This document shows, one piece after another, positions 55,440 through 64,000 of a DNA stretch of 64,000 nt. The position numbers were made by a program, and so were the translations under genes. Where the stretch lies: assembly GCA_919901855.1 (NCBI GenBank), contig CAKKQC010000010.1, forward strand, positions 43,214 through 107,213. The letters run 5' to 3'. This DNA is from a bacterium. Its GTDB lineage: Bacteria; Oederibacteriota; CAKKQC01. The notes under the pieces were generated by a model. That model was not told where the DNA came from. It saw only the letters and a program-made list of their open reading frames with translations, and did no database searches. Every line of letters starts with the position of its first letter. Within the stretch, counting starts at the first letter, position 1.

Positions 55440-56947
55440 CGTTCCTGCTGGCGGCCGCGGCCCTCGCGGCCGGGGGATGGTTCCTGTTCCGTCCGCGCGA
55501 CGACATCGCCTCTTCGCCGCGTCCGTGGGTGAATCACGACGTGGCCCAGCTCCTCGTCCTGGGGCGCCAGTTCGCCGCCGGCGACCGGCCGTACCTGGAC
55601 TGGATCGATCCGAACCTGCCCGCGGTCCACGTCGCGTCGCACATGGTGATCCGCCTGGAGCGGGAGACCGGCATCCGGGCCGTGTACCTCTACCACGCGG
55701 GTGTCTTGCTGCTGGCTCTCCTGGGGTGCTGGGTCCTGGCTGCATTGACCTCGCCGTTGGGGACATGGCGTGCCGTGGCCGTCATCACGGCTTACTTGGG
55801 CATCGTGTTCTGCCCCACGATTCCGGCGACTTCGGACTTCGGCCAACGGGAGCACATTCTGACGCTCGTCCTCCTGCCGTGGCTGGTCTGGCGGACAAGA
55901 CTTGGAGCCGAGCCTTCTCCCGTCCTGCGCGGTCTGCTCGCGTTCCTCCTGGGGTGGTGGGGTGGCGCGAAGCTGGTCTATCTCGCGGTGCCGCTGGCCG
56001 TCGAAGCCCTCCGGTGGCGGACGGGACCGCGGCTGCGGGCCTTGGAAGCGGTCTGCTTCACGGCCGGGCTGGCGGCGTCGGTCGTGCTCTGCCGGTTCCT
56101 GTGGCCGGGGGCCCTGACCGCGTTCGTGACCACGGTCCTCCCGCTCCTGTCACCGACCCGTCCCGGCGCTGCATTCACGATTCCCCTCCGGGGCTTCCTG
56201 GGCCAGCCGCAGTTGCTTACCGGCGCCGCGGGGACCGCCGTGCTCGCGCTCCTGCTCTGGCGGGCCCGGCGGCGCGGGCTGGCGGGGGCCGCGGAATGCC
56301 GGGCTTGGGGCGCGGCAACGGTCGCGGCCGCGATCGCCATGGTCATCCAGCGCAAGGGATTCGCCTACCACGCCATCCCGCTCACGGGCATCGTCGTGAT
56401 GGGGGCTATCCTCGCGCTCTGCCGCGTCACTGGCGGCCGGGTGGCGGCGACGGCGGCGGCGGCGTTCGCCGTGCTCTGCTTCGCGTCCTTCCGGGACCCG
56501 GGCCGCTTTGGCCTCGAGGACGTCACCCCGCTCACGGCGCTCGCCCGGCCCGGTGAGGCGGTCATGGTGTGCTCGACCGACGTCCTCTACTCGCGGGACG
56601 CGGACCACCTCGGGCTCCGGTTGGCCGGTCCGTGGGGTATCCACTTCGCGCTCGCGGGCGTCCTGGCGGAGCCGGACCCCGGGCGGCGGGCGGCCGCGCT
56701 GGCCGCCTACCGGGCCCGGATGACGGATTCGATCTCGCGGCTGCACTGCGGACTCGTCCTCGTGCGCGAGGTGCCCGTGCCCGGGTGCGGCACGCTCGAG
56801 GACGCGCTCCGGCCGGCGGGAGGGTTCCTGCCGCCGGGTCCCTGGCGCCGCCTGGCGCCGGCCGACGTCCAGCGCCGGTTCGGCGGGGATGGGGCGTGGG
56901 TGGTCTACCGTAGAGGACCGGGTATTGGGTTACGTGGTGGCATCTAG
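55406..56947 (+). CDS. Polytopic membrane protein, unknown function
   Basis: Long ORF with ~12 hydrophobic helices; start uncertain (GTG 55406 overlapping upstream gene, or further upstream). Confidence 0.4.
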   Translation: MDAAAVRPRAVAFLLAAAALAAGGWFLFRPRDDIASSPRPWVNHDVAQLLVLGRQFAAGDRPYLDWIDPNLPAVHVASHMVIRLERETGIRAVYLYHAGVLLLALLGCWVLAALTSPLGTWRAVAVITAYLGIVFCPTIPATSDFGQREHILTLVLLPWLVWRTRLGAEPSPVLRGLLAFLLGWWGGAKLVYLAVPLAVEALRWRTGPRLRALEAVCFTAGLAASVVLCRFLWPGALTAFVTTVLPLLSPTRPGAAFTIPLRGFLGQPQLLTGAAGTAVLALLLWRARRRGLAGAAECRAWGAATVAAAIAMVIQRKGFAYHAIPLTGIVVMGAILALCRVTGGRVAATAAAAFAVLCFASFRDPGRFGLEDVTPLTALARPGEAVMVCSTDVLYSRDADHLGLRLAGPWGIHFALAGVLAEPDPGRRAAALAAYRARMTDSISRLHCGLVLVREVPVPGCGTLEDALRPAGGFLPPGPWRRLAPADVQRRFGGDGAWVVYRRGPGIGLRGGI

Positions 56948-56960
56948 TAGAATTCAGGCG

Positions 56961-57188
56961 ATGGCAACGGTCCAGGATCCCAAGTCACGCCCCAATCGGC
57001 GGCGGTATCTTGAGGCGCTCGCGCGGATGAGTCCCGAGGACAAGCTGCGCAAGGCCTTCGAGCTCACGTCGTTCTGCCGGGCGCTCCTGGCGGCAGGCCT
57101 GGCGTCCACCTTTCCCGGCCTCTCGGAGGAGGAGCGCCGTCGGCTGTACCTGGTCCGGCTGGACCGATGTCACAACAAGACCTTCTGA
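56961..57188 (+). CDS. Hypothetical small helical protein
   Basis: 75-aa ORF from ATG 56961 overlapping the downstream nucleotidyltransferase-like gene by 22 nt. Confidence 0.3.
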   Translation: MATVQDPKSRPNRRRYLEALARMSPEDKLRKAFELTSFCRALLAAGLASTFPGLSEEERRRLYLVRLDRCHNKTF

Positions 57189-57733
57189 TCGCCGTCGTCC
57201 GATTCCTGGAAGCGGATCGCCAGCGCTACCTGATCACGGGCTCGATCGCGTCGAGCTTGCTGGGTGAACCGCGGGCGACGCACGACATCGACCTCGTCGT
57301 GGCCATGACGCCGGAGGCCGTGCTCCGGCTCGCGACCGCCTTCCCGCCGCCCCGGTACTACCTGGATCCGGAGGCGGCCCGCGACGCGACGCTCCGCCGC
57401 GGGATGTTCAACCTGCTCGATTCGGAGGAGGGGGACAAGGTGGATTTCTGGATGCTTCGCGACGAGGCGTTCGACCAATCGTGCATGAGTCGCCGCGTGG
57501 TCGTGGAGGCCTTCGGCGTCCGGCTCTGGGTGGCCAGCGCGGAGGACCTGGTGCTGGCCAAACTGCGGTGGTCGGTCCAGTCGGGGGGGAGCGAACGTCA
57601 ATGGCAGGATGCCTTGGGGGTGTTCGATCTCCAGCGCTCCCGTCTCGATCTCTCCTACATGCGGACCTGGGCGGACACGCTGGGAGTCCGCGCCCTTCTC
57701 GACCGGCTCGAATCCGGCTCCGCGCCGGACTGA
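57167..57733 (+). CDS. Minimal nucleotidyltransferase-fold protein
   Basis: ITGSIASSLLGEPRATHDIDLVV matches the hG[GS]x(9-13)Dh[DE]h nucleotidyltransferase motif. Confidence 0.45.
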   Translation: MSQQDLLIAVVRFLEADRQRYLITGSIASSLLGEPRATHDIDLVVAMTPEAVLRLATAFPPPRYYLDPEAARDATLRRGMFNLLDSEEGDKVDFWMLRDEAFDQSCMSRRVVVEAFGVRLWVASAEDLVLAKLRWSVQSGGSERQWQDALGVFDLQRSRLDLSYMRTWADTLGVRALLDRLESGSAPD

Positions 57734-57747
57734 CCTCGCGGGACGTG

Positions 57748-60264
57748 ATGTCGATAGGATCCGGGGCCGTCCGTCCGCTTGCGTCGGCGGTGTTCGTGGC
57801 GGCGGCGCTGAACGGCGTCGCTCTCGGCATGGCGCCAGCGTGGCGGGATCCCGCGCAGCCCATCGACCGGCGCGTCGCCGACCTCGTCGCGCGGATGACG
57901 GTCGAGGAGAAGATCGCGCAGATGGGCACGGACGCCCCCGCCATCCCGCGGCTGGGCGTGCCCGCGTACAACTGGGCGGGGGAATGCGTGCACGGGATCG
58001 TGGCCGAGGGCGCGTCGATCTTCCCGCAGGCGATCGCGCTGGGGGCGAGCTGGGACCCGGACCTCGTTCATGCGGCCGCGGAGGCGATGGGCGACGAGGC
58101 GCGGGTCCTGCACCGCCGGGGCCGAACCGGTCTCACGTTCTTCAGCCCCGTGCTGAATCTCGCGCGGGACCCGCGCTGGGGGCGCGTGCAGGAATCGTAC
58201 GGCGAGGATCCCCTCCTCGCCGGCCGGCTCGGGGCCGCCTTCGTCCGGGGGCTGCAGGGCGGCGACCGGGCGCGTCCGAAGGCCCTCGCGATCGTCAAGC
58301 ACCTGGCCGTCTACAGCGACGAGATCCACCGGCATACGGGCTCGGCGACCGTGAGCGAGGACACCCTCCGCCGCTACTACCTCCCCCAGTTCGCGGCCGC
58401 GATCCGCGACGCCGGAGCGGGCGGGGTCATGTGCGCGTACAACGCGGTCAACGGGACGCCGTGCTGCGCCTCGGAGAAGCTCCTCACGGGCGTGCTGCGG
58501 GACGAATGGAAGTTCGACGGGTTCGTGGTCTCGGACTGCGGAGCCATAGACGATCTCGTGGGTGGCCACGGCTGGCGGTCGAACCTGCCCGAGGCGGCGG
58601 GGACCGCGGTTAAGGCCGGGTGCGACCTCGACTGCGGGACGACGTTCGCGAAGGCCCTGCCCGTGGCGCTGCGGCGGGAATACATCTCGCCGGCGGATTT
58701 TGACCGGGCGGTGGGAAGGCTGATGCGGGCCCGGTTCCGGCTCGGGCTCTTCGACCCGCCGGAACGGAGCCCGTTCCGCTCGATCCCCGACGGCGCCGTC
58801 GACAGTCCCGCCCATCGCGCCCTCGCTCTGCGGGCGGCCCGCGAGGGACAAGTGCTTCTGGCCAACCCCGGCGGCATGCTCCCGTTCCCGGCCACGCTCA
58901 CCTCGGTGGCCGTAATCGGGCCGAGCGCGGCGGTGAAGCGGTTGGGCGACTACAGCGGCTGGTTCACGCGGGTCGTGACCCCGCTGGCGGGGCTCCGGGC
59001 CGTTCTCCCTCCGTCCGTCACGATCCGCCATGCCAGGGGGTGCGAGATATCGCGCCGGACGCCGGTGTCGGCGGAGTCCTTCACGACGGATCCGTCGCGG
59101 CCCGGCCGCCGGGGTGTGTTCGCGGAGTGGTTCGCGAACGGCGATCTGGCGGGCGCACCGGTGTCCCGGCGCGAGGCGGTGGTCGGGTTCTCGCGGTCCC
59201 GGGACGGCCTCCCCGTGACCCCGGGGCGGGACGGCATCTCCGCGCGCTGGAAGTGCTGGATCGTGCCGCCGGCCACCCGTACGTATCGCCTTTCCGTGAC
59301 CGCGCCCGGCCGGGTGCGGATGTGGTTCGACGGGAAGCGCGTCGTGGACCAGTGGATGGAGCGGCCGCCGACCACGGATACGGCCACGGTGGCCATGCAG
59401 GCCGGCATTCCACGCCGCCTCGACCTCGAGTGGGCGAGCGCAGACCCGGATGCCGGGCTCGAGTTCGGGTGGGATGTCGAGCCGGACCGGGCACTGTTGG
59501 AGGAAGCGGTGGCCGCGGCGCGGGCCTCCGACGCCGTAGTTCTCGTCGTGGGGACGGACCGGTACACGGAGAACGAGGGGGGCGACCGCGAAACGCTTGA
59601 CCTGCCGGGCGACCAGGCGATGCTCATCCGCGCCGTCGTGGAGGCCAACCCGAGGACCGTGGTCGTGCTCGAGTGCGGGGGGCCCGTGAACCTCGACTGG
59701 GCGGCGTCCGGCGCGCCGCCCGCCGTCCTGCAGGCGTGGTTCCCGGGGGAGGAGGGCGGCACCGCGATCGCGGAGGTCCTGACGGGCAAGGTCAATCCGT
59801 CGGGGCGCCTGCCCCTCACGTGGTACGAATCGGCGGATGACCTCCCGCCCATGGAGGATTACGAGCCCGCGCACGGCCGCACGTACATGCACGCCAAGGC
59901 GCCGGTGAGGTTCCCGTTCGGGTTTGGGCTGAGCTACACGGAGTTCACGTACGCGAACCTCCGGGTCTCGCCGGTCCCCCTCCCCGCCGGATCGCCGCTC
60001 ACGGCCGAGGCTGACATCACGAACTCAGGGGTGCGGGACGGCGACGAGGTCGTCCAGGCCTACGTGTCGGCTCCGGGCCCCGGGCGTCCCGTCCGGGCTC
60101 TCGCGGACTTCGCCCGGGTCTCGCTCAAGCCCGGGGAGACGAAGACCGTCACGCTGACGGTTCCGGCGGCGGCGCTCGACGTGCCCGGCACGTGGCATCT
60201 CATGGTGGGGCCGGACTCCTCGACCGGTCTCGTCGAGTCCTTCGAGGTTTCCCCGGCCCGCTAG
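57748..60264 (+). CDS. Glycoside hydrolase family 3 (beta-glucosidase/xylosidase) with inserted PA14 domain, secreted
   Basis: Signal peptide; GH3 blocks KHLAVYS and GFVVSDCGAID (nucleophile Asp); PA14-like insert; C-terminal fibronectin-like domain. Confidence 0.85.
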   Translation: MSIGSGAVRPLASAVFVAAALNGVALGMAPAWRDPAQPIDRRVADLVARMTVEEKIAQMGTDAPAIPRLGVPAYNWAGECVHGIVAEGASIFPQAIALGASWDPDLVHAAAEAMGDEARVLHRRGRTGLTFFSPVLNLARDPRWGRVQESYGEDPLLAGRLGAAFVRGLQGGDRARPKALAIVKHLAVYSDEIHRHTGSATVSEDTLRRYYLPQFAAAIRDAGAGGVMCAYNAVNGTPCCASEKLLTGVLRDEWKFDGFVVSDCGAIDDLVGGHGWRSNLPEAAGTAVKAGCDLDCGTTFAKALPVALRREYISPADFDRAVGRLMRARFRLGLFDPPERSPFRSIPDGAVDSPAHRALALRAAREGQVLLANPGGMLPFPATLTSVAVIGPSAAVKRLGDYSGWFTRVVTPLAGLRAVLPPSVTIRHARGCEISRRTPVSAESFTTDPSRPGRRGVFAEWFANGDLAGAPVSRREAVVGFSRSRDGLPVTPGRDGISARWKCWIVPPATRTYRLSVTAPGRVRMWFDGKRVVDQWMERPPTTDTATVAMQAGIPRRLDLEWASADPDAGLEFGWDVEPDRALLEEAVAAARASDAVVLVVGTDRYTENEGGDRETLDLPGDQAMLIRAVVEANPRTVVVLECGGPVNLDWAASGAPPAVLQAWFPGEEGGTAIAEVLTGKVNPSGRLPLTWYESADDLPPMEDYEPAHGRTYMHAKAPVRFPFGFGLSYTEFTYANLRVSPVPLPAGSPLTAEADITNSGVRDGDEVVQAYVSAPGPGRPVRALADFARVSLKPGETKTVTLTVPAAALDVPGTWHLMVGPDSSTGLVESFEVSPAR

Positions 60265-60276
60265 CCACCCCCGCCG

Positions 60277-61203
60277 CTACATGCTGTTCTTCTTGATGAA
60301 GGAGACGAGGTCGCGGAGCCTGGCGTGCGCGAGCCCGACGACGGTGTCGGCGGCGCCGTAGTACATGGCCAGCTCGCCCGTCTTCTCGTCTAGGATCGCG
60401 GCGTTCGGAAAGACGACGTTGGGCACGTCGCCCGCGATCTCGTAGAGCTCGGTGGGCGCGAGCAGGTACGGGGCGGTCCGGTACTTGACCTTCCACGGCC
60501 GCTCCCGGTCCAGGATCGCGCCGAAGGCGCAGTAGACCATGCCGGAGCAGGTCTGGCGGACGCCGTGGTAGATGAGCAGCCAGCCGTCCGCGATCTCGAT
60601 GGGCGCCGGCCCGGCCCCGATCTTGGTGCCCTGCCAGTACCCGGTCGCCTGCATGACGGCGCGGTGATTCCCCCAATGGATCAGGTCCGGGCTCTCGGCG
60701 TAGTAGATGTCGCCGAAGGGCGTATGGCCCTTGTCGCTCGGCCGGTGGAGCGTCGCGAACTTGCCGCGGATCTTGCGCGGGAAGAGGACGGCGTTGCGAT
60801 TGTAGGGCAGCATGACGGGGCAGATCTGGCGGAACCGCTTGAAATCGCGGGTGACGCCGAGCCCGATGCACGGGCCCGCGGCGGGGTAGTAGCACCACGT
60901 CACGTAGTAGTCCCGCCCCATCTGCGTCACGCGGGGGTCGTACCCGAACCCGGACGTCCCGCTGTCGGGCAGCCAGCCGGTCATGGTCACGCGCCCGGGG
61001 TTGATGTCCCACGAGATTCCGTCGCGGCTGAACCCGGCGTGGATTTCGGAGTTGCCCGCCTGGGTGTCGACGCGGAAGACGCCGGCGAAGCGGTCGCGGA
61101 AGGGCACGACCGCGCTGTTGAAGATCGAGTTGGAGCCGGGGACGGCCCGGGACGTGATGATGGGGTTGCCGGCGTATCGGGTGAATACGGTCTCGTTGGC
61201 CAT
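60277..61203 (-). CDS. Glycoside hydrolase family 130-like (glycoside phosphorylase/glycosidase)
   Basis: RBS GGGAGG 7 nt upstream of ATG (minus strand); 5-bladed propeller pattern with conserved Asp/Tyr-rich blocks (YNPIIT...FNSAVV...GFSRDGISW). Confidence 0.7.
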   Translation of the reverse strand: MANETVFTRYAGNPIITSRAVPGSNSIFNSAVVPFRDRFAGVFRVDTQAGNSEIHAGFSRDGISWDINPGRVTMTGWLPDSGTSGFGYDPRVTQMGRDYYVTWCYYPAAGPCIGLGVTRDFKRFRQICPVMLPYNRNAVLFPRKIRGKFATLHRPSDKGHTPFGDIYYAESPDLIHWGNHRAVMQATGYWQGTKIGAGPAPIEIADGWLLIYHGVRQTCSGMVYCAFGAILDRERPWKVKYRTAPYLLAPTELYEIAGDVPNVVFPNAAILDEKTGELAMYYGAADTVVGLAHARLRDLVSFIKKNSM

Positions 61204-61215
61204 TTGGACCTCCCT

Positions 61216-61300
61216 GGGGACGTACGTGAAATTGTGAAATTCTCCGTCGAGCTTACGATACCAGCCCTTCGGAGAATTTCACAATTTCACGTACGTCCCC
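61216..61300. repeat. Perfect 31-bp inverted repeat with 23-nt spacer
   Basis: GGGGACGTACGTGAAATTGTGAAATTCTCCG at 61216-61246; exact reverse complement at 61270-61300; each arm contains GAAATTgtGAAATT; right arm overlaps the last codons and stop of the MFS gene. Confidence 0.9.
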
Positions 61301-62600
61301 TGGCGTGCTCGCGGAGGTCCATGGCGACCTGGAGGGCGAGGGCGGTGGAGAAGAAGGCGAGCATCATGACGAACGGGGCCCGGGGGTTGTGGACGTACAG
61401 GGCACCCGCGATAGCGGGCGCGGGCGCCGTCATGACCATGAAAAGGACGTTGGCGAGGGCCGTGATCCGGGGCCGCTCGTCGTCCCGCATCTGGTTCGCC
61501 CAGTAGGTGTTGGCCGTGGACCACAGGATGCCGAAGCCGAGGCCCTCGGCCACCATGGCGCCCATGACGATCCAGAGCGCGCCGGCGGGGGCCAGGACGA
61601 TCGCGAGCAGGTAGGTCATCCGTAAGCCCAGCCCGAGGTAGAAGAACCGGTGGATGCGCGCGAGCCGGATCATGGGATTGATGAAGACTAGGGCCGCGAC
61701 CACCATCGCGCTGTTGATGAGCGGCAGGACCGAGATCCGGGCCTTGTCGAGCGCGAGCCCCCGGGGGTCGGTGAGGTAGAGATAGCCGTAGGTGAACCCG
61801 ACGACGATGGCCATCCGCATCAGGAGCTGGTAGAAGAACATGAGCCGCAGGACCGGGCGGGCCAGGATCGTGCGGAACGCGTGGCCGTGGCCGTGCAGGA
61901 GGCCGCGGAGTCCCGCCCGGCGCACCCGCCGCGCGGCGTGGCCTGGTGTCCGGTCCTTGACGGTCCGCCACCGGATCGCGATCCCGGTGATCATGAGGGC
62001 CGCGCCGAAGACGAAGATGCCCCGGACCGTGTTCGAGACGCCCCAGGCGCGGACCAGGGGGGCGCCAAGCGGGACCAGCAGGCCGCCGCCCATGAAGTTC
62101 AGGCCGCCGAGGGCGAACAGGAACGGCCGGCGCGCGCGCGGCGTGCCCGAGAGGAGGAGCGAGATCCAGGCCGGGACCACGACCCACTGGAAGCCCTCGA
62201 CGCAGGCGCCCGCGAGGAAGCCCGTGTAGCTGGTGGCGGTCGCGTAACAGATCATGGCCGTCGGCCAGAGGCACAGGTCGAGGAAGACGAGCGCGCGCTT
62301 CCAGCCGATCCGGTCCGCGATCCAGCCGCCGCAGAACGAGCCCGCGATCTGGAACAGGACCTGGGTGGAGCTGATCGTCCCGATCTCGATCTCGGAGAGC
62401 CCCTGCTCCCGCATGAAGATGCGCAGGTACACGACGGAGAACGCGGTCGGCAGGGTCCAGAAGAAGGACGTGAGCGCCAGGATCTGGGCGTTGCGCGAGA
62501 GCCCGCGGAACTGGGTGCCGATGCCCCGGAGGCGGTCGGCGACGTGCCCGGGGACCCGGACGGTGGCCCAGGAGACCAGATCGAGCAGGGGGGAGAACAA
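61287..62600 (-). CDS. MFS transporter (sugar transporter-like)
   Basis: 12 hydrophobic helices; MFS-like loops; last codons (...RGRT-stop) lie inside the inverted repeat. Confidence 0.75.
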   Translation of the reverse strand: MFSPLLDLVSWATVRVPGHVADRLRGIGTQFRGLSRNAQILALTSFFWTLPTAFSVVYLRIFMREQGLSEIEIGTISSTQVLFQIAGSFCGGWIADRIGWKRALVFLDLCLWPTAMICYATATSYTGFLAGACVEGFQWVVVPAWISLLLSGTPRARRPFLFALGGLNFMGGGLLVPLGAPLVRAWGVSNTVRGIFVFGAALMITGIAIRWRTVKDRTPGHAARRVRRAGLRGLLHGHGHAFRTILARPVLRLMFFYQLLMRMAIVVGFTYGYLYLTDPRGLALDKARISVLPLINSAMVVAALVFINPMIRLARIHRFFYLGLGLRMTYLLAIVLAPAGALWIVMGAMVAEGLGFGILWSTANTYWANQMRDDERPRITALANVLFMVMTAPAPAIAGALYVHNPRAPFVMMLAFFSTALALQVAMDLREHARGRT

Positions 62601-62612
62601 GGGCGGGGGGCC

Positions 62613-63959
62613 CTAGTCCCGGACCGGGGGCGGGGGGAAGGGGTCGCCCGTCTTCACGAGCCAGTCGCGCAGCAGTCCCCGGTGCCGGTCCAGTTCGGGT
62701 CGGGTACCGGGTTCCCCGGCAAGGTTACGGGTCTCGCCCGGATCGGCGGCTAGGTCGAAGAGGGTCTCGCGGACCGCGCCGCGCGAGAAAGCCGAGTAGG
62801 CCCAGCGGGTGGTCCGAACGGCGCGGCCCGCGATGTCGGAGTCACCGGATACCGGGTAGAGGGCGCAGAAGGCGGATTCGGGGCCGGAGGCCGAGGGATC
62901 AGCGATCACGGGAGCCAGGTCCGTCCCGTGGAGGCCGGGCGGGGGCATAACTCCGGCCAGCCCGCAGAGCGTCGGGAAGAGGTCCAGCCCCGAGGCGGGT
63001 CTCTGGCGTTCGACCCGGCCCCCGGTGACTCCGGGCCGGGTCACGATGAAGGGCACCGAGATCGCGTCCTCATAGAGCGAGAGCTTGCCGATCCACCGGT
63101 GGGCGGGGGTGCCCTCGCCGTGGTCGCTCGTGTAGACGACGGGGGTTACCGCTTCGAGGCCGGCAGCGCGCAGGCCGTCCAGCACGACCCCCACGGCGGC
63201 GTCGGCCTGCCCGACGAACCGGTGGTAGAGCGCGGCGCTAGCCTGCCAAGCCAGGTCGTCCCACCCCTTGGCGAGCGTGGCCGACCACTCGTGCGTGAAC
63301 CGGGTCTCACGGTGAAGATCGGCCTCCCCGTCCGGCGGCTCCACGTTCGGCGGCAGGGGGGCGAGCTCGGCGTCGGCCACCGGGCCGGCCCGGTCGTACG
63401 CGGTCGGAAAGCAGATATCGTGCGGATTCATGAGCGATACCACGAGCAGGAACGGCCGGTCGTGCGGCCGGCGGAGGAAGGCGGCGGCGGCTTCGGCCAC
63501 GGGGACGTCGGCGTATCCGCCGAGGTTGTGCTCCCATGCGCCGGGCCGCCCCGCGACCCGCACGGGATACCCGTTCCGGTCGGTCTCGCGCCCCCGCAGG
63601 GGTAGGTTGTCGAACCCGGGGATCGCGTCCCGCTCCAGCGGGTACTCCTCGGGCACGTGCCACTTGCCCGCCCAGACCGTCTCGTACCCGGCGGCGCGGA
63701 AGACTCCGCCGAGGGTCGGGAGGCCGGGGTCGAGCTTCTGGTGGTTCGTGGTCACCCCCGAGGCGAGCGGAGTCCGCCCCGTCACCCAGGCCGCGCGCGA
63801 GGGGGAGCAGAGGGGGGAGGCGCAGTACGACCGGGCGAACCTGACGCCCCGGGCGGCGAGCGCGTCGAGGTGCGGGGTGCGGACGAACGCATCGCCGTCG
63901 GCCCCCAGGGCGCCGTTGCGGTGCTGGTCGGTCAGGATGACCAGGAGATTCGGCGGCAT
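62613..63959 (-). CDS. Sulfatase (formylglycine-dependent, Cys-type), no obvious signal peptide
   Basis: PNLLVILTDQHR; CSPSR FGly motif; GKWH block; C-terminal sulfatase domain. Confidence 0.85.
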   Translation of the reverse strand: MPPNLLVILTDQHRNGALGADGDAFVRTPHLDALAARGVRFARSYCASPLCSPSRAAWVTGRTPLASGVTTNHQKLDPGLPTLGGVFRAAGYETVWAGKWHVPEEYPLERDAIPGFDNLPLRGRETDRNGYPVRVAGRPGAWEHNLGGYADVPVAEAAAAFLRRPHDRPFLLVVSLMNPHDICFPTAYDRAGPVADAELAPLPPNVEPPDGEADLHRETRFTHEWSATLAKGWDDLAWQASAALYHRFVGQADAAVGVVLDGLRAAGLEAVTPVVYTSDHGEGTPAHRWIGKLSLYEDAISVPFIVTRPGVTGGRVERQRPASGLDLFPTLCGLAGVMPPPGLHGTDLAPVIADPSASGPESAFCALYPVSGDSDIAGRAVRTTRWAYSAFSRGAVRETLFDLAADPGETRNLAGEPGTRPELDRHRGLLRDWLVKTGDPFPPPPVRD

Positions 63960-64000
63960 GCGGATATTATATGCGGCCGTGAAACGCGACGACCCAGAGG

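Noticed and set aside
61216-61300. Rho-independent terminator interpretation of the 31-bp inverted repeat
   Set aside because: The stem is far longer than typical terminator hairpins and no U-tract follows on either strand; kept as a finding but not called a terminator.
1-64000. CRISPR array or rRNA genes
   Set aside because: No regularly spaced short direct repeats and no rRNA-like conserved stretches were seen; the only RNA genes supported are the two tRNAs.

Overview
High-GC (~70%) bacterial chromosomal window, densely coded, with many genes joined by overlapping start/stop codons (ATGA, GTGA, TGATG). All calls are from reading the six-frame translations and the DNA by eye; no database search or structure prediction was run. 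Left to right: two tandem TldD/PmbA-family peptidase genes plus an MFS transporter; a secreted beta-propeller protein with a T9SS-type C-terminal sorting domain and a downstream membrane protein; a Phd/YefM-RelE/ParE toxin-antitoxin pair; an enolase-superfamily enzyme; system II cytochrome c biogenesis (resB, ccsA) followed by an SGNH hydrolase and a hemX-like/hemA/hemC/hemD/hemB cluster; a PilZ protein next to an operon of three secreted/outer-membrane-like proteins of unknown function; tRNA-Ala followed by an HNH endonuclease coupled to a membrane c-type cytochrome; MFS, MscS and nadB; an MglA-like small GTPase fused to a roadblock domain with an adjacent MglB-like gene and an envelope gene set (GT2, Kelch, spermidine-synthase-like, large membrane proteins); an MttB-family methyltransferase, a sulfatase and an FAH-family/aldehyde dehydrogenase pair; dsbD; and a glycan-utilisation region (GH16, CE7 esterase, GH3 with PA14 insert, GH130, MFS, sulfatase). 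That region is interrupted by a ~3 kb segment bounded by a tRNA-Ser fragment and an intact tRNA-Ser. The most unusual items are the MglA-roadblock fusion, a perfect 31-bp inverted repeat at 61216-61300, and the tRNA-Ser-flanked segment. No CRISPR array, rRNA, integrase or transposase was found. Start codons are approximate in several genes.
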